From contig JBBQWG010000036.1 in NCBI GenBank assembly GCA_038210825.1, positions 607 to 64,606 on the forward strand: a stretch of 64,000 nt of DNA, in the 5' to 3' direction. This document shows, in pieces, positions 18,267 to 27,442 of this stretch. Position 1 is the first letter of the stretch, and each line of letters starts with the position of its first letter. A program made the position numbers and the translations under genes. This DNA is from Verrucomicrobiales bacterium (lineage in GTDB: Bacteria > Verrucomicrobiota > Verrucomicrobiia > Verrucomicrobiales > V1-33). The notes below the pieces were generated by a model that was not told where the DNA came from, searched no databases, and was given only the letters and a program-made list of their open reading frames with translations.

Positions 18267-19643
18267 ATGGCCCCATCCTCCCACGACGCTGACTCCCACC
18301 TTCCATGGTGGAAGGACCTGACTCCCTATCATTGGTTTGTATTTCTGGTCGCCTCCCTTGCCTGGATGTTCGACTGCCTGGACCAGCAACTGTTTCTGCT
18401 GGCGCGCAATTCCGCCATGAAGGCGCTGCTGCCCCCGGAGATGGATCCTATCAAATTTGGCGGCTATGCCACTTCCATCTTTGTGGCCGGCTGGGCCACC
18501 GGCGGCCTGATTTTTGGATCCATGGGGGACCGGGTGGGGCGTGCCAAAACCCTGACCTTGACCGTTCTGATCTATTCCGTCTGCACCGGGCTCTCCGCTT
18601 TCTCCACAGGATGGGTGGACTTTGCCGTTTACCGCTTCCTCACCGGACTGGGGGTCGGCGGCGTCTTTGGTCTCGCGGTGGCCTTGGTGGCCGACACCCT
18701 GCCGGACCGCTCCCGTGCGGGGGCTTTGGGGACCTTGCAGGCCTTGTCCGCCGTGGGAAATGTCACGGCGGGTCTGGTCAGCATGTATATTGGCACCCTT
18801 GAAGCCAAAAGAGCCATTGAGCCGGGGACGGCGTGGAAATATATGTTTATGGTCGGTGCGCTGCCCGCCTTTCTCTGTGTCTTTATCCAGATGCGTCTCA
18901 AGGAGCCGGAAAAGTGGGTCAAAGCCCGCGCCGCCGGCAAGGCGGCTGGCGTTAAATTCGGTTCCTACCGCTCCCTTTTGGGCGATGTCCGCTGGCGCAA
19001 AAATGCCCTGCTGGGCATGCTCCTCTGTGTGTCCGGGGTGATTGGACTCTGGGGCATCGGCTTTTTCAGCCCGGAACTGGTAGGCGATGTCATGCAGCGC
19101 TCCCTCGTTGCCGAAGGGGTGCCCGATGACAAAATCGCGGGGGAAAAGACCTATTGGATTGGCGTCAATATGATCGTGCAGAACATGGGTGCCTTTGTCG
19201 GGATGCTGCTATTCACGAAGTTTGCCCAGTCCCTTGGACGCAAGAAGGCTTTTGCCTTCGCTTACGTGGCGGCCCTCGTGGCCACCGTGGGATATTTTCA
19301 GATGTTCAATGGCCGCGGGGACATCTGGATGAGTGCCGTCATGGGAGCCTGCCAGCTCGCCCTCTTTGCCGGATTTGCCATTTACCTGCCGGAATTGTTC
19401 CCCACCAGTCTGCGCAGCACCGGAACCAGTTTTTGTTATAATGTCGGCCGGTTTGTGGCCGCCAGTGGTCCTTTCACCCTCGGCAGCCTGCAGGCCGCCC
19501 TCAAAGCCGGGGCCACCACGCCGGATGCCAAGCTGGAAGCCTTCCGCAACGCCTGCTCCTACATGAGTGTCATTTTCCTGCTGGGCCTCGTCGCGCTTTG
19601 GTTCCTGCCGGAAACCAAGGGCCGCGCCATGCCCGAGGACTGA
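18267..19643 (+). CDS. MFS transporter
   Basis: GSMGDRVGR motif A, ~12 TM helices, ELFPTSLRSTG, LPETKG. Confidence 0.92.
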   Translation: MAPSSHDADSHLPWWKDLTPYHWFVFLVASLAWMFDCLDQQLFLLARNSAMKALLPPEMDPIKFGGYATSIFVAGWATGGLIFGSMGDRVGRAKTLTLTVLIYSVCTGLSAFSTGWVDFAVYRFLTGLGVGGVFGLAVALVADTLPDRSRAGALGTLQALSAVGNVTAGLVSMYIGTLEAKRAIEPGTAWKYMFMVGALPAFLCVFIQMRLKEPEKWVKARAAGKAAGVKFGSYRSLLGDVRWRKNALLGMLLCVSGVIGLWGIGFFSPELVGDVMQRSLVAEGVPDDKIAGEKTYWIGVNMIVQNMGAFVGMLLFTKFAQSLGRKKAFAFAYVAALVATVGYFQMFNGRGDIWMSAVMGACQLALFAGFAIYLPELFPTSLRSTGTSFCYNVGRFVAASGPFTLGSLQAALKAGATTPDAKLEAFRNACSYMSVIFLLGLVALWFLPETKGRAMPED

Positions 19644-19670
19644 GGCCCCGGTCCCTTACGTCAGGACCTT

Positions 19671-20210
19671 TCAACCCCCGCCGGCCGGACGTCCCAGCCC
19701 GGCGGCGTGATAGTGCGGAATCAGCCTGACATAACGGGCAGCCCAGCCCGCAATGCTGTCCTGCTCTTCAGCCGTCAGTTCCCGGACGATCCTCGCGGGG
19801 GATCCCATCACCATGCAGCCCGGGGGAATTTTTTTGTTTTGGGTGACAAGGGACCCAGCCCCGATGATGCAGCGGTCCCCGATTTCCACCCCATCCAGGA
19901 GGATGGCACCCATGCCGATCAGCACTTCATTCCCGATGGTGCAGGCGTGAAGCATGGCCATGTGGCCCACCGTCACATCCTCGCCAATCAGGCAGCCATG
20001 CTCCGCAGAGAGATGGAGCACGCTGCCATCCTGGACATTCGAGCGGTCGCCCACCACAATGCGGTTGATGTCCCCCCGCAGCACTGCCCCATACCAAACA
20101 CTGGCATGGGCCCCGATGGTGACATCTCCCAGCAGAGTGGCATTGGGAGCAATGAAGGCAGTGTCCGCAATGCGCGGCTGGCGGAGCAGGAAAGCAGGAG
20201 GAGCGTCCAT
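19671..20210 (-). CDS. Gamma carbonic anhydrase family protein (hexapeptide repeats)
   Basis: VLRGDIN, SNVQDGSVLH, VTVGHMAMLHAC. Confidence 0.93.
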   Translation of the reverse strand: MDAPPAFLLRQPRIADTAFIAPNATLLGDVTIGAHASVWYGAVLRGDINRIVVGDRSNVQDGSVLHLSAEHGCLIGEDVTVGHMAMLHACTIGNEVLIGMGAILLDGVEIGDRCIIGAGSLVTQNKKIPPGCMVMGSPARIVRELTAEEQDSIAGWAARYVRLIPHYHAAGLGRPAGGG

Positions 20211-20367
20211 TATTTTTTAGATTCCATGGGGCTGCAGCCGATATTTTTTATAACATTTAGCACTCATATAATTTGACTTGGATTAGGGGTTTTCCTAGAT
20301 GTCTAAAGGTCTCCGGGTTGCCCCCGGCCGGGGATTCTTCCACCATCAACCATTATTGCAAATCATC

Positions 20368-20646
20368 ATGAACAAAGCTGAACTCATCGAAGCCGTCCAA
20401 AAAGCCTACGGCGCGGACACCACCAAAAAACAGGCGGCCGATGCCGTCGCCACCGTGCTGGAGGCCATTGCCAAAGGCATCAAAAAGGACAAGGCCGGAG
20501 TCCAGATCATCGGTTTCGGCACCTTCAAGGTCGCCACCCGCAAGGCCCGCAAAGGCCGCAATCCCAAAACCGGAGCCGCCATGAACATCAAGGCTTCCAA
20601 GAGCGTCCGCTTCTCCCCCTCCTCCGTGCTCAAGAAGAGCCTGTAA
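20368..20646 (+). CDS. hup: HU family DNA-binding protein
   Basis: MNKAELIEAV...GFGTF...RKGRNPKTG. Confidence 0.95.
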   Translation: MNKAELIEAVQKAYGADTTKKQAADAVATVLEAIAKGIKKDKAGVQIIGFGTFKVATRKARKGRNPKTGAAMNIKASKSVRFSPSSVLKKSL

Positions 20647-20690
20647 GCCAGCAGGGCCTTCCTGCCTCCCCTCTCCGATCCGAAAAATCC

Positions 20691-20720
20691 ACCGGTCACT
20701 GGCAACAGTGGCCGGTTTTT
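20691..20720 (+). terminator. Rho-independent terminator after hup
   Basis: ACCGGTCACTG-GCAA-CAGTGGCCGGT followed by a T-run. Confidence 0.85.
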
Positions 20721-20892
20721 CTGCGGATGCACCCCGCTGCGCCTGCATCTTGCCTTGTCAGTCGCCGCGCGACAGCGGAAAAAGACTGGTTTCCACAGGA
20801 ATTGAAGTAGCCGAAAGGCGGTAAAATTGCTCTCTTATTCAATCGGCTGCACTATCCGACCGACTGGCCCCACCCCCACCCCGGACTAACCT

Positions 20893-21936
20893 ATGAAAAA
20901 GCTCCATGTTCATTTAATCGGTTTCGCAATTTCGCTGGCCGGACCTGCTTCAGCTGCCACGTTGCAGGCACTCAGTGGATTTGGTGGTGCGGACGGATGG
21001 CTGGCACCGGCCGAGTTTACCAACGTTCCCGGTGCCGACTTGATGCGTGGCATGACCTACAATCCCGCGACCAACCACCTTTACGTTGTGGACCGGACCG
21101 GTGGAGTCAATGTGCGGGTGCTGAATGGCGATACGGGAACAGAAGTGGGCACCCTCAATACGACTGGAGTGGCGGGAGGAACCTTTGCACTGAGTCAGAT
21201 TGATGTCGATGCCACCGGGGTGATTTATGCAGCGAATTTGTCGACCTCCGCGGCCTCCAATTTCAAAGTGTACCGCTGGGCTACGGAGGCGTCGGCCCCG
21301 ACCGTGGCCTACGATGCCCTCACTGGCCGGACCCGGACCGGGGACTCTTTTGCCGTGACTGGATCAGGACTGTCCACCCAGTTCGCCGCGGCGGGAGGCT
21401 CCAATGCCGATCAGCATTATTCTTTGTTTACCACAACCACCGGCACCACGTTTACCAGTTCGAATCCGACCCTCACAGGTGCTGTAACCGGCGGTTTCCG
21501 GCTGGGAATCGATTTTGGGCCGGGCGGGGCGGTCCTCGGGGCGCAGACTGGGTCGACTAATGTTTATTCGGCTTCCGGTGTTGGTGTGGTCACCATTACT
21601 TCATCCGCGGTGGCGGGAGAAGCGCCCATGGCATGGTTCAGTGATGGCAGTCTCTCCCTCTTTGCCATGGTCGATGTCCCTACAAGCACCGTCCGCTTGT
21701 ATGATGGCAACGCCCTCGGAGGGGCGGTCCTCGACAGTGCCCTGCTCGCGACCCATGTCACCAATGGAAATGGGGTAGGGGATTTAAAGTTTGGCAAGAC
21801 CGCCTCTGGTGACATCCGGCTTTACGCCATGAATACCAATAATGGGATTCAGGCCTTCACTGTCATCCCGGAACCGGCCGGGGCCGTCCTCGGGGTGTTA
21901 GGACTGAGTGTGTTGATGCGCCGCCGCCGCCACTGA
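20893..21936 (+). CDS. PEP-CTERM surface protein (DUF4623-like propeller)
   Basis: Signal peptide; C-terminal IPEP, TM helix and RRRRH. Confidence 0.9.
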   Translation: MKKLHVHLIGFAISLAGPASAATLQALSGFGGADGWLAPAEFTNVPGADLMRGMTYNPATNHLYVVDRTGGVNVRVLNGDTGTEVGTLNTTGVAGGTFALSQIDVDATGVIYAANLSTSAASNFKVYRWATEASAPTVAYDALTGRTRTGDSFAVTGSGLSTQFAAAGGSNADQHYSLFTTTTGTTFTSSNPTLTGAVTGGFRLGIDFGPGGAVLGAQTGSTNVYSASGVGVVTITSSAVAGEAPMAWFSDGSLSLFAMVDVPTSTVRLYDGNALGGAVLDSALLATHVTNGNGVGDLKFGKTASGDIRLYAMNTNNGIQAFTVIPEPAGAVLGVLGLSVLMRRRRH

Positions 21937-21970
21937 GCACCGCTGCCAAAAGGCCGACGGCAGATTTCTC

Positions 21971-22690
21971 CTAACCCTGCGCTTGGCTCCAGAGTCCGGC
22001 AAGGTTTGCCTTCACGTAGTCCGGGTGACCGGTCAGAAGGCGGTGACCAGCTGCGGGAACGGTCTGCGGCTTTAATCCGGCGGGAGCCCCGCCACCTTTG
22101 GCGGCCAGAGCAGCAAACTTGATATCATCTGCCCCGGTCATCCACCAGCCGGCGATTTTATGCCCGCCGGGGAAAGCAACGAACGCCGTCTGTTGTCCCA
22201 GGGACCAGCCAACGAAGGCTCCGGCGATTTCCTGACGCCAGGGTTCGAGCGGAAGCAAATCGGGGGGCGGGCCAGGACCCTGCAGCACGGATTGGGCATT
22301 CCATGCGGCACAAACGTCAGGCCATTGGGCCTGCTGGCAGCGGATTTGCCATGAGAGGTCGTGGGCCAGCCGGTCATGGCGTGCGGCGGGGGTATCAAGT
22401 CCGGGATGGGTGGAAAGAAGAAGCGCGCGGTGCCAAAGGTCCGGACGGTCCGCGAGGACGTGGAGGGCAAGGCGGCCGCCCAGCGAATAGCCGGCGAGGA
22501 TGCGGAAAGGGTCGGGCGGAAGGGCTTCGATTTGGTTATTAAACCAAGTGGCAAATCCAGTCAGGGTGTGGGTTTCCGGATGATGGCGGCGGATTTCCCA
22601 CAAGTGCCATGTCTTGGCCGGCACGCCCGGGGGCAGGGCAGCATCCCAGTCGGCAGGCAGGCCGAAATTGCCATGGAGGGCGTGGATCAT
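21971..22690 (-). CDS. menH: MenH-like SHCHC synthase (alpha/beta hydrolase)
   Basis: LHG and GYSLGGR motifs; directly downstream of menD. Confidence 0.75.
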   Translation of the reverse strand: MIHALHGNFGLPADWDAALPPGVPAKTWHLWEIRRHHPETHTLTGFATWFNNQIEALPPDPFRILAGYSLGGRLALHVLADRPDLWHRALLLSTHPGLDTPAARHDRLAHDLSWQIRCQQAQWPDVCAAWNAQSVLQGPGPPPDLLPLEPWRQEIAGAFVGWSLGQQTAFVAFPGGHKIAGWWMTGADDIKFAALAAKGGGAPAGLKPQTVPAAGHRLLTGHPDYVKANLAGLWSQAQG

Positions 22691-22714
22691 GGGATCGTTT
22701 TGCGGGACGGAAAA

Positions 22715-24376
22715 TCAAGGAAAGGCCGGCACGGAGCGCGGGGTGTGGAAATCACTTTGCCGGGCCCATGCCCTCCAGAAGGATTCGGTGGCTCCGGCAT
22801 CCGGATAGAGTTCGATGACGACGCGGCCGGGCAGGCTGGCAGGATCGGGCACGGTGCTTCCGCTGTTCAGATAGGGGAGACCCCACTGCGACGCCCAGCC
22901 TTCCAGTGAAATGGTGTGGGGATTTTCCATGAGCTGGCGTTCGAAGCTGGTTAGGCCATGGAGGGAGGGCAGGTGGGAGAAGATCTTCCCGCCGCCATTC
23001 TGGATGACCACGAGGCGCAGGCGGGGAGTTTTCAATTGCTTCAGCATCCACGGGGCGGCGAGGTCGTAGAGGGCGGTGAGGTCGCCCACGAGGCACCACG
23101 CCTCTTCCGCATCGGCGGCCAAACCGAGGAAGGCAGAGAGATTGCCGTCAATGCCGTTGGCACCACGCAGGGCGCGGGCGTGGATGGTATGCGGAGGCTG
23201 AGCACAGAGATTCCATTCCCGGACCGCCAGGCTGTTCCCGGTGAACATGACGGCTTCGGCCGGAATGATTTTCGACAGGGCACGGATGAGGGCGGGTTCC
23301 GAAGTGGGATGGGCGGCCAAGACCTGGGTTAGGGGTTCTTTATCCGGGCATCCCTGAAAGGATCGACTCCACGGCGAGGGACTGATGAAGTCAGGTTTGG
23401 CGGGGCCGTCTTCCAGTGGCCTCACCTGGCTGGGCCGGGCCAAGCCGGAGTGGCCGCTGCGGGTGTAGCTGAGGACAGGAATTTCCGGCCGGTTTTCCAG
23501 ATCCCGCCAGAAGCGGCAGGAAGGAATGCCTCCGAGACGGATAATGGATCCGTGAGGTTGCCGTTTCAGAATGTTATCCCCACCGGTCAGGATCAGATCG
23601 CACAAAGCACGGGACTCCCGGAGTCCGGAGGCTGCTTCGGCATAAATGGGCGCTCCCAGTTCTGCGACGAAATGTGCCACCGCCAGGGTTTCCCAAGGGA
23701 GGAGGTCACCAATTAGAACCAGGGGATTGGGGAACCCCGCCGGATCGGGCAGCGGGATTTCCCTGATCCGGTGAGGCTCATGCTCCATGGGGGGCGCGGC
23801 CCGCAAAGCCGCCCCTGCTTCCCGCAGCACCGGCAAGGATGCGGCCGTGGGTTCCTCGAGGCAAAGATTCAGATGCACCGGGCCGGGATAATCCCAAAAT
23901 GCTAGTTTCGCCAATTCCCTGTGCGCGTTTTCCAAACCGGTAACATCCATAGCCAGCTTGGGATAACAGCCGAAGATTCCGGCCTGCTCGATGGCCTGGG
24001 GGGCGCCGGTGCCGCGGTAATGGGCAGGGCGGTCGGCCGTCAGGGCGATGAGCGGCAGGCCTTGATAGTGGGCTTCGATGACGGCAGGCAGCAGTTCGGC
24101 CACGGCGGTGCCGGAAGTGGTGACGACGGCGACGGGGCGCCCATGATCAAGAATGCGTCCGAGGGCAAAAAAGGCGGCGGAACGTTCCTCAAAGTGGTGC
24201 CAGAGCCGGATTCCCGGCACAGCAGCCAGCAGGACAAGCAGGGCACTGTTCCTCGCTCCGGCGCAGATGATGAATTCCCGCACTCCGGTTTCTGTCAGGA
24301 GGGACTGGAGCGCCAGGACAGGCAGGGCGGTATCCGGAGGAAGCGGCGGGTCCGGCAGTTCAGGCATGGATGGCAT
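22715..24376 (-). CDS. menD: SEPHCHC synthase MenD
   Basis: EERSAAFFALG, TTSGTAVAEL, LTADRP, RGANGIDG, GDLTALYD and NGGGKIF motifs. Confidence 0.93.
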   Translation of the reverse strand: MPSMPELPDPPLPPDTALPVLALQSLLTETGVREFIICAGARNSALLVLLAAVPGIRLWHHFEERSAAFFALGRILDHGRPVAVVTTSGTAVAELLPAVIEAHYQGLPLIALTADRPAHYRGTGAPQAIEQAGIFGCYPKLAMDVTGLENAHRELAKLAFWDYPGPVHLNLCLEEPTAASLPVLREAGAALRAAPPMEHEPHRIREIPLPDPAGFPNPLVLIGDLLPWETLAVAHFVAELGAPIYAEAASGLRESRALCDLILTGGDNILKRQPHGSIIRLGGIPSCRFWRDLENRPEIPVLSYTRSGHSGLARPSQVRPLEDGPAKPDFISPSPWSRSFQGCPDKEPLTQVLAAHPTSEPALIRALSKIIPAEAVMFTGNSLAVREWNLCAQPPHTIHARALRGANGIDGNLSAFLGLAADAEEAWCLVGDLTALYDLAAPWMLKQLKTPRLRLVVIQNGGGKIFSHLPSLHGLTSFERQLMENPHTISLEGWASQWGLPYLNSGSTVPDPASLPGRVVIELYPDAGATESFWRAWARQSDFHTPRSVPAFP

Positions 24377-25442
24377 CGAGTTCGAAAGCTTGACGGATCC
24401 AGTTCCGCTTCAATTCCAGTTCCGCCCATTCGGTCTCCATAACACTGCCGGCCACCAGGCCGCATCCCGCCGGGAGGTGCAGCAGGCGGTCCTCCCAAAA
24501 CAGGCCTCGGATCGCTACCAGAAACATGGCTCCCCCCGGCCAGACGGCCCCGCAGGGAGCGCCAAAGAAGGCCGGCACCCCGCAGCGCTGACGGAAGCCG
24601 GTGAGCTGGGCGAGGGTTTCCGGATTGCGCGGGGAAATGCCCAGAGCCGGCGTGGGATGAAGCAACTGGATAAGATCATTCAGGGCCTGTCCCTCCGGGG
24701 CTTCCGGCAGATCCACGGTCAGGGTGGTGCGCAGATGCCGCACGGTGCCAAGCGGAATGACCTCGCGGGCAGTCAGGGTGACGCGCCCCAGGCCGGCGAG
24801 CCGGCGGTGCAGTTCATCGACAACAATTTCATGTTCCCTTGCCAGTTTGGGTCCCCGGCGGAGGTCGGCTTCGTGCTGGGCATCGGCAGTCCCGGCGAGG
24901 GCCATGGTGGTTAGCCGCTTTCCTGACAACTGAAACAGGACCTCCGGGGTGATGGTGGCAAAGCCCTTGCGGCCATTGGACCATGCGGCCGCCGAGCCGC
25001 GTCCGGCGGTGCGGTCCGGGTGCAGCAGGGCATGCAGGGCGGGGGAGGGGTCGCGGTCGAGCCGGGCCGTCACCGTGGCGGCCGGGACTACCTTGAGGAG
25101 ATTCCGTTGGCGGATGGCCTGCATGGCTTCCCCAAACACGATTTGAAAGGCATGGGGATCCGGCTCTTCCCAGTGAGCCTGCAGGCTGAGGGGCGGGACC
25201 GCCGGACCGGGCCGTCCGATCCGTTCCGGCTGGTGCCATGGCATCGGATTGGAGAGGACAAAATCGTTGATATAAAATGCGATGCCCTGTCCGGGGGGCA
25301 GGGCGGAGACGGCGGATGGTCCCCGCGATTCCAGCCGCTGCGGCTCCGGGCCGGGGAGATCGAGGCATCCCCACGCTTCGCCGGGACGCGGCGGAGGCAG
25401 CACCGGCAAGGAGCGGAGGAGGGACGGCGGCAGGCCTGACAT
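24360..25442 (-). CDS. menF: Isochorismate synthase / chorismate-binding protein
   Basis: ITPE, TMALAGT, EHEIVV, LHPTPALG, VAIR and PAGCG motifs; overlaps menD. Confidence 0.8.
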   Translation of the reverse strand: MSGLPPSLLRSLPVLPPPRPGEAWGCLDLPGPEPQRLESRGPSAVSALPPGQGIAFYINDFVLSNPMPWHQPERIGRPGPAVPPLSLQAHWEEPDPHAFQIVFGEAMQAIRQRNLLKVVPAATVTARLDRDPSPALHALLHPDRTAGRGSAAAWSNGRKGFATITPEVLFQLSGKRLTTMALAGTADAQHEADLRRGPKLAREHEIVVDELHRRLAGLGRVTLTAREVIPLGTVRHLRTTLTVDLPEAPEGQALNDLIQLLHPTPALGISPRNPETLAQLTGFRQRCGVPAFFGAPCGAVWPGGAMFLVAIRGLFWEDRLLHLPAGCGLVAGSVMETEWAELELKRNWIRQAFELDAIHA

Positions 25443-25620
25443 GGTGAATAAGCAACGAAACCATCAGGGCCAGGGAGACCGCCCACAAGGCAGAATCGCG
25501 TTTTGCGCGGGGGCGCGAAAATCTGCCGCCACGGTGAATTACAGGATTGCCATCCGGCGCGGGACGCGCAAGTTTTGCCCCTGCGGGAGCCAGACCAACC
25601 CTCCCACGCAATATATCGCA

Positions 25621-26175
25621 ATGGGATACGAAATCGAAGGGACCATCAAGGTCATCATGGACGTCATGACGTTTGGCAGCGGCTTCACCAAGCGTGAGTT
25701 TGTTATCACTTCGGGGGACGACAAATACCCGCAGGATATCAAGATGGAATTCGTCAAGGACAAGGTCGCCCTGCTCGACCGTTTCCGGCCCGGGCAACGG
25801 GTCAAAGTGGGCTTTGAAATCCGCGGCAATGAAAACAATGGCCGGTATTATGTCAGCCTCAGCGCCTGGCGCATCAATCCGGCGGATGGCTCGGATGGGG
25901 GCGGCGAAATGCCGATGGACCGGCCCCGTGAATTTTCCGGCCCTCCCCGCAGCAGCGGAGGCGGCGGAGGCGGTGGCGGTGGCTATGGCGGAGGACGGCC
26001 ACCGGCAGGGAATGGCGGCGGTGGAGAACGGCGTGGCGGTGGCGGCTCTGACCAACGCGACCGGGGAGCCCCGAAGGGCGGTGAGCGCCGTGGCGGGGGA
26101 CGGGAATTTGATGACGGCGGCGGGGCCGGCCGGCGCGGGGGCGGCAAATACGAAGAAGATGACGTGGATTTCTAA
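25621..26175 (+). CDS. DUF3127 OB-fold protein with Gly-rich linker and acidic tip (SSB-like)
   Basis: FTKREFVIT...KYPQDIKMEF...RGNE...YVSLSAWRI; ends EEDDVDF. Confidence 0.85.
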   Translation: MGYEIEGTIKVIMDVMTFGSGFTKREFVITSGDDKYPQDIKMEFVKDKVALLDRFRPGQRVKVGFEIRGNENNGRYYVSLSAWRINPADGSDGGGEMPMDRPREFSGPPRSSGGGGGGGGGYGGGRPPAGNGGGGERRGGGGSDQRDRGAPKGGERRGGGREFDDGGGAGRRGGGKYEEDDVDF

Positions 26176-26204
26176 CAGCCTGTTGCATTTCCAGCGGCCT
26201 GTCA

Positions 26205-26320
26205 AAGAAGCGCACCCGGGCCTCTGGCCCGTGAGTGTCAGGGGGATCGGTGCGCGGGAGTTCCCTGTGGGAGGGTTGATCACCTAAAAAACGGCAGGAC
26301 GGAGTCCCCGGCGCGCTTCT
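26205..26320. repeat. Long imperfect inverted repeat (20-bp arms)
   Basis: AAGAAGCGCACCCGGGCCTC (26205-26224) against GAGTCCCCGGCGCGCTTCTT (26301-26320), 17/20 complementary. Confidence 0.6.
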
Positions 26321-26367
26321 TCCTTGAGCAGAGTGCATGTCCCTGTGACGGGGGATTCACCCCACGC

Positions 26368-26802
26368 TCAACGCGGCTTTGTGGCCTCCCGCAGACTGCG
26401 GGTCACGTCCTGCTTGAGCCGGTCGAGGACGCCATTCACAAAGCGGCTGCTGTCGGGAGTGCCAAAGCGCTTGGAGATCTCGATGGCTTCATTGATGGCG
26501 ACGATGGGGGGCACATCATTGCGGTGGAACATTTCATAAATCGCCAGGCGCAGAATGTTGCGGTCTACGCCGGCGAGGCGTTCGAGGGAAAAGTTTTCCA
26601 GGCTGGCGGCCAGCCGCTGGTCGATGGCCTCCAGATGGGCCACCACCCCTTCATACAATTCGATGGCATGCAGGCGGATCCGGGGTCCTGCACTATGGAT
26701 CTCGAAGAAGGCCTCAACTTCATGCTTGGCCCCGGATGGGGTGAAGTCGCGGCTGAAGAGGAGCTGGATCGCCGTCTCGCGGCCTTCGCGTCGCTTACTC
26801 AT
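26368..26802 (-). CDS. nusB: Transcription antitermination factor NusB
   Basis: RREGRE, VDRNILRLA, VAINEAIEISKRF and FVNGVLD motifs. Confidence 0.96.
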   Translation of the reverse strand: MSKRREGRETAIQLLFSRDFTPSGAKHEVEAFFEIHSAGPRIRLHAIELYEGVVAHLEAIDQRLAASLENFSLERLAGVDRNILRLAIYEMFHRNDVPPIVAINEAIEISKRFGTPDSSRFVNGVLDRLKQDVTRSLREATKPR

Positions 26803-27304
26803 CCTCGTTCTTGCGGGGGGTGGGATAGGCGGTGTGGAGTTTGCTGAAAAGTTCTGCCATGTTGAGCGCGGCGCGGGCGGCTTCCACCCCCCGGTTCATC
26901 TGATCTCCAAAGACCCGGGCCCGGGCCTCGGCCTCGCTGTTGACCAGCAGGACCATGTTGATGACCGGCGTCAGATGCCGCACTGACATCTCCATGAGTT
27001 TATCCGAAACCGATTGCGTGATCAAATCAGCATGCCCGGTTTCCCCGCGGATCACGATGCCGAGGCAGATCATGACATCGGCATTGGTGTATTGCATGAC
27101 ATATTCGGCGCAGACCGGGATTTCATACGCCCCGGGCACCCGGTAAAGGGGCACACTGGCGGCGGGCATCAGGCCGAGCAGTTCGGACTTGGTGGATTCC
27201 AGCAGGCCGTTCATCAGCGGCTCGTTATACATGCTGGCCACGATGGCGAAAGTCTTGCGCGGTCCAATGAGGCGCGGTTTGCGGGGAAGGGTCTGCGATG
27301 CCAT
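26795..27304 (-). CDS. ribH: 6,7-dimethyl-8-ribityllumazine synthase
   Basis: VPGAYEIP, LGIVIRGETGH and NRGVEAA motifs; ribH-nusB synteny. Confidence 0.93.
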   Translation of the reverse strand: MASQTLPRKPRLIGPRKTFAIVASMYNEPLMNGLLESTKSELLGLMPAASVPLYRVPGAYEIPVCAEYVMQYTNADVMICLGIVIRGETGHADLITQSVSDKLMEMSVRHLTPVINMVLLVNSEAEARARVFGDQMNRGVEAARAALNMAELFSKLHTAYPTPRKNEDE

Positions 27305-27442
27305 AAAAAGGGAGCATGGAGCATGCAGACAGGGCAGGGCCGGTGCAACCCGTTTTCAGAGGCTTTTCTTTCGTGGAAAAGTGGGCCCGGGCCGCACGGA
27401 AAAGGGGTCGGTCCCTCAGGCCAGGCCTTCCCCCACCCGCCG

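Noticed and set aside
20257-20283. CIRCE-like element upstream of hup
   Set aside because: Left arm TTAGCACTC is perfect but the right arm GACTTGGAT matches only 4/9 of GAGTGCTAA.
21971-25442. Incomplete menaquinone cluster (menF-D-H only)
   Set aside because: The remaining men genes are often located elsewhere; this cannot be judged from one window.
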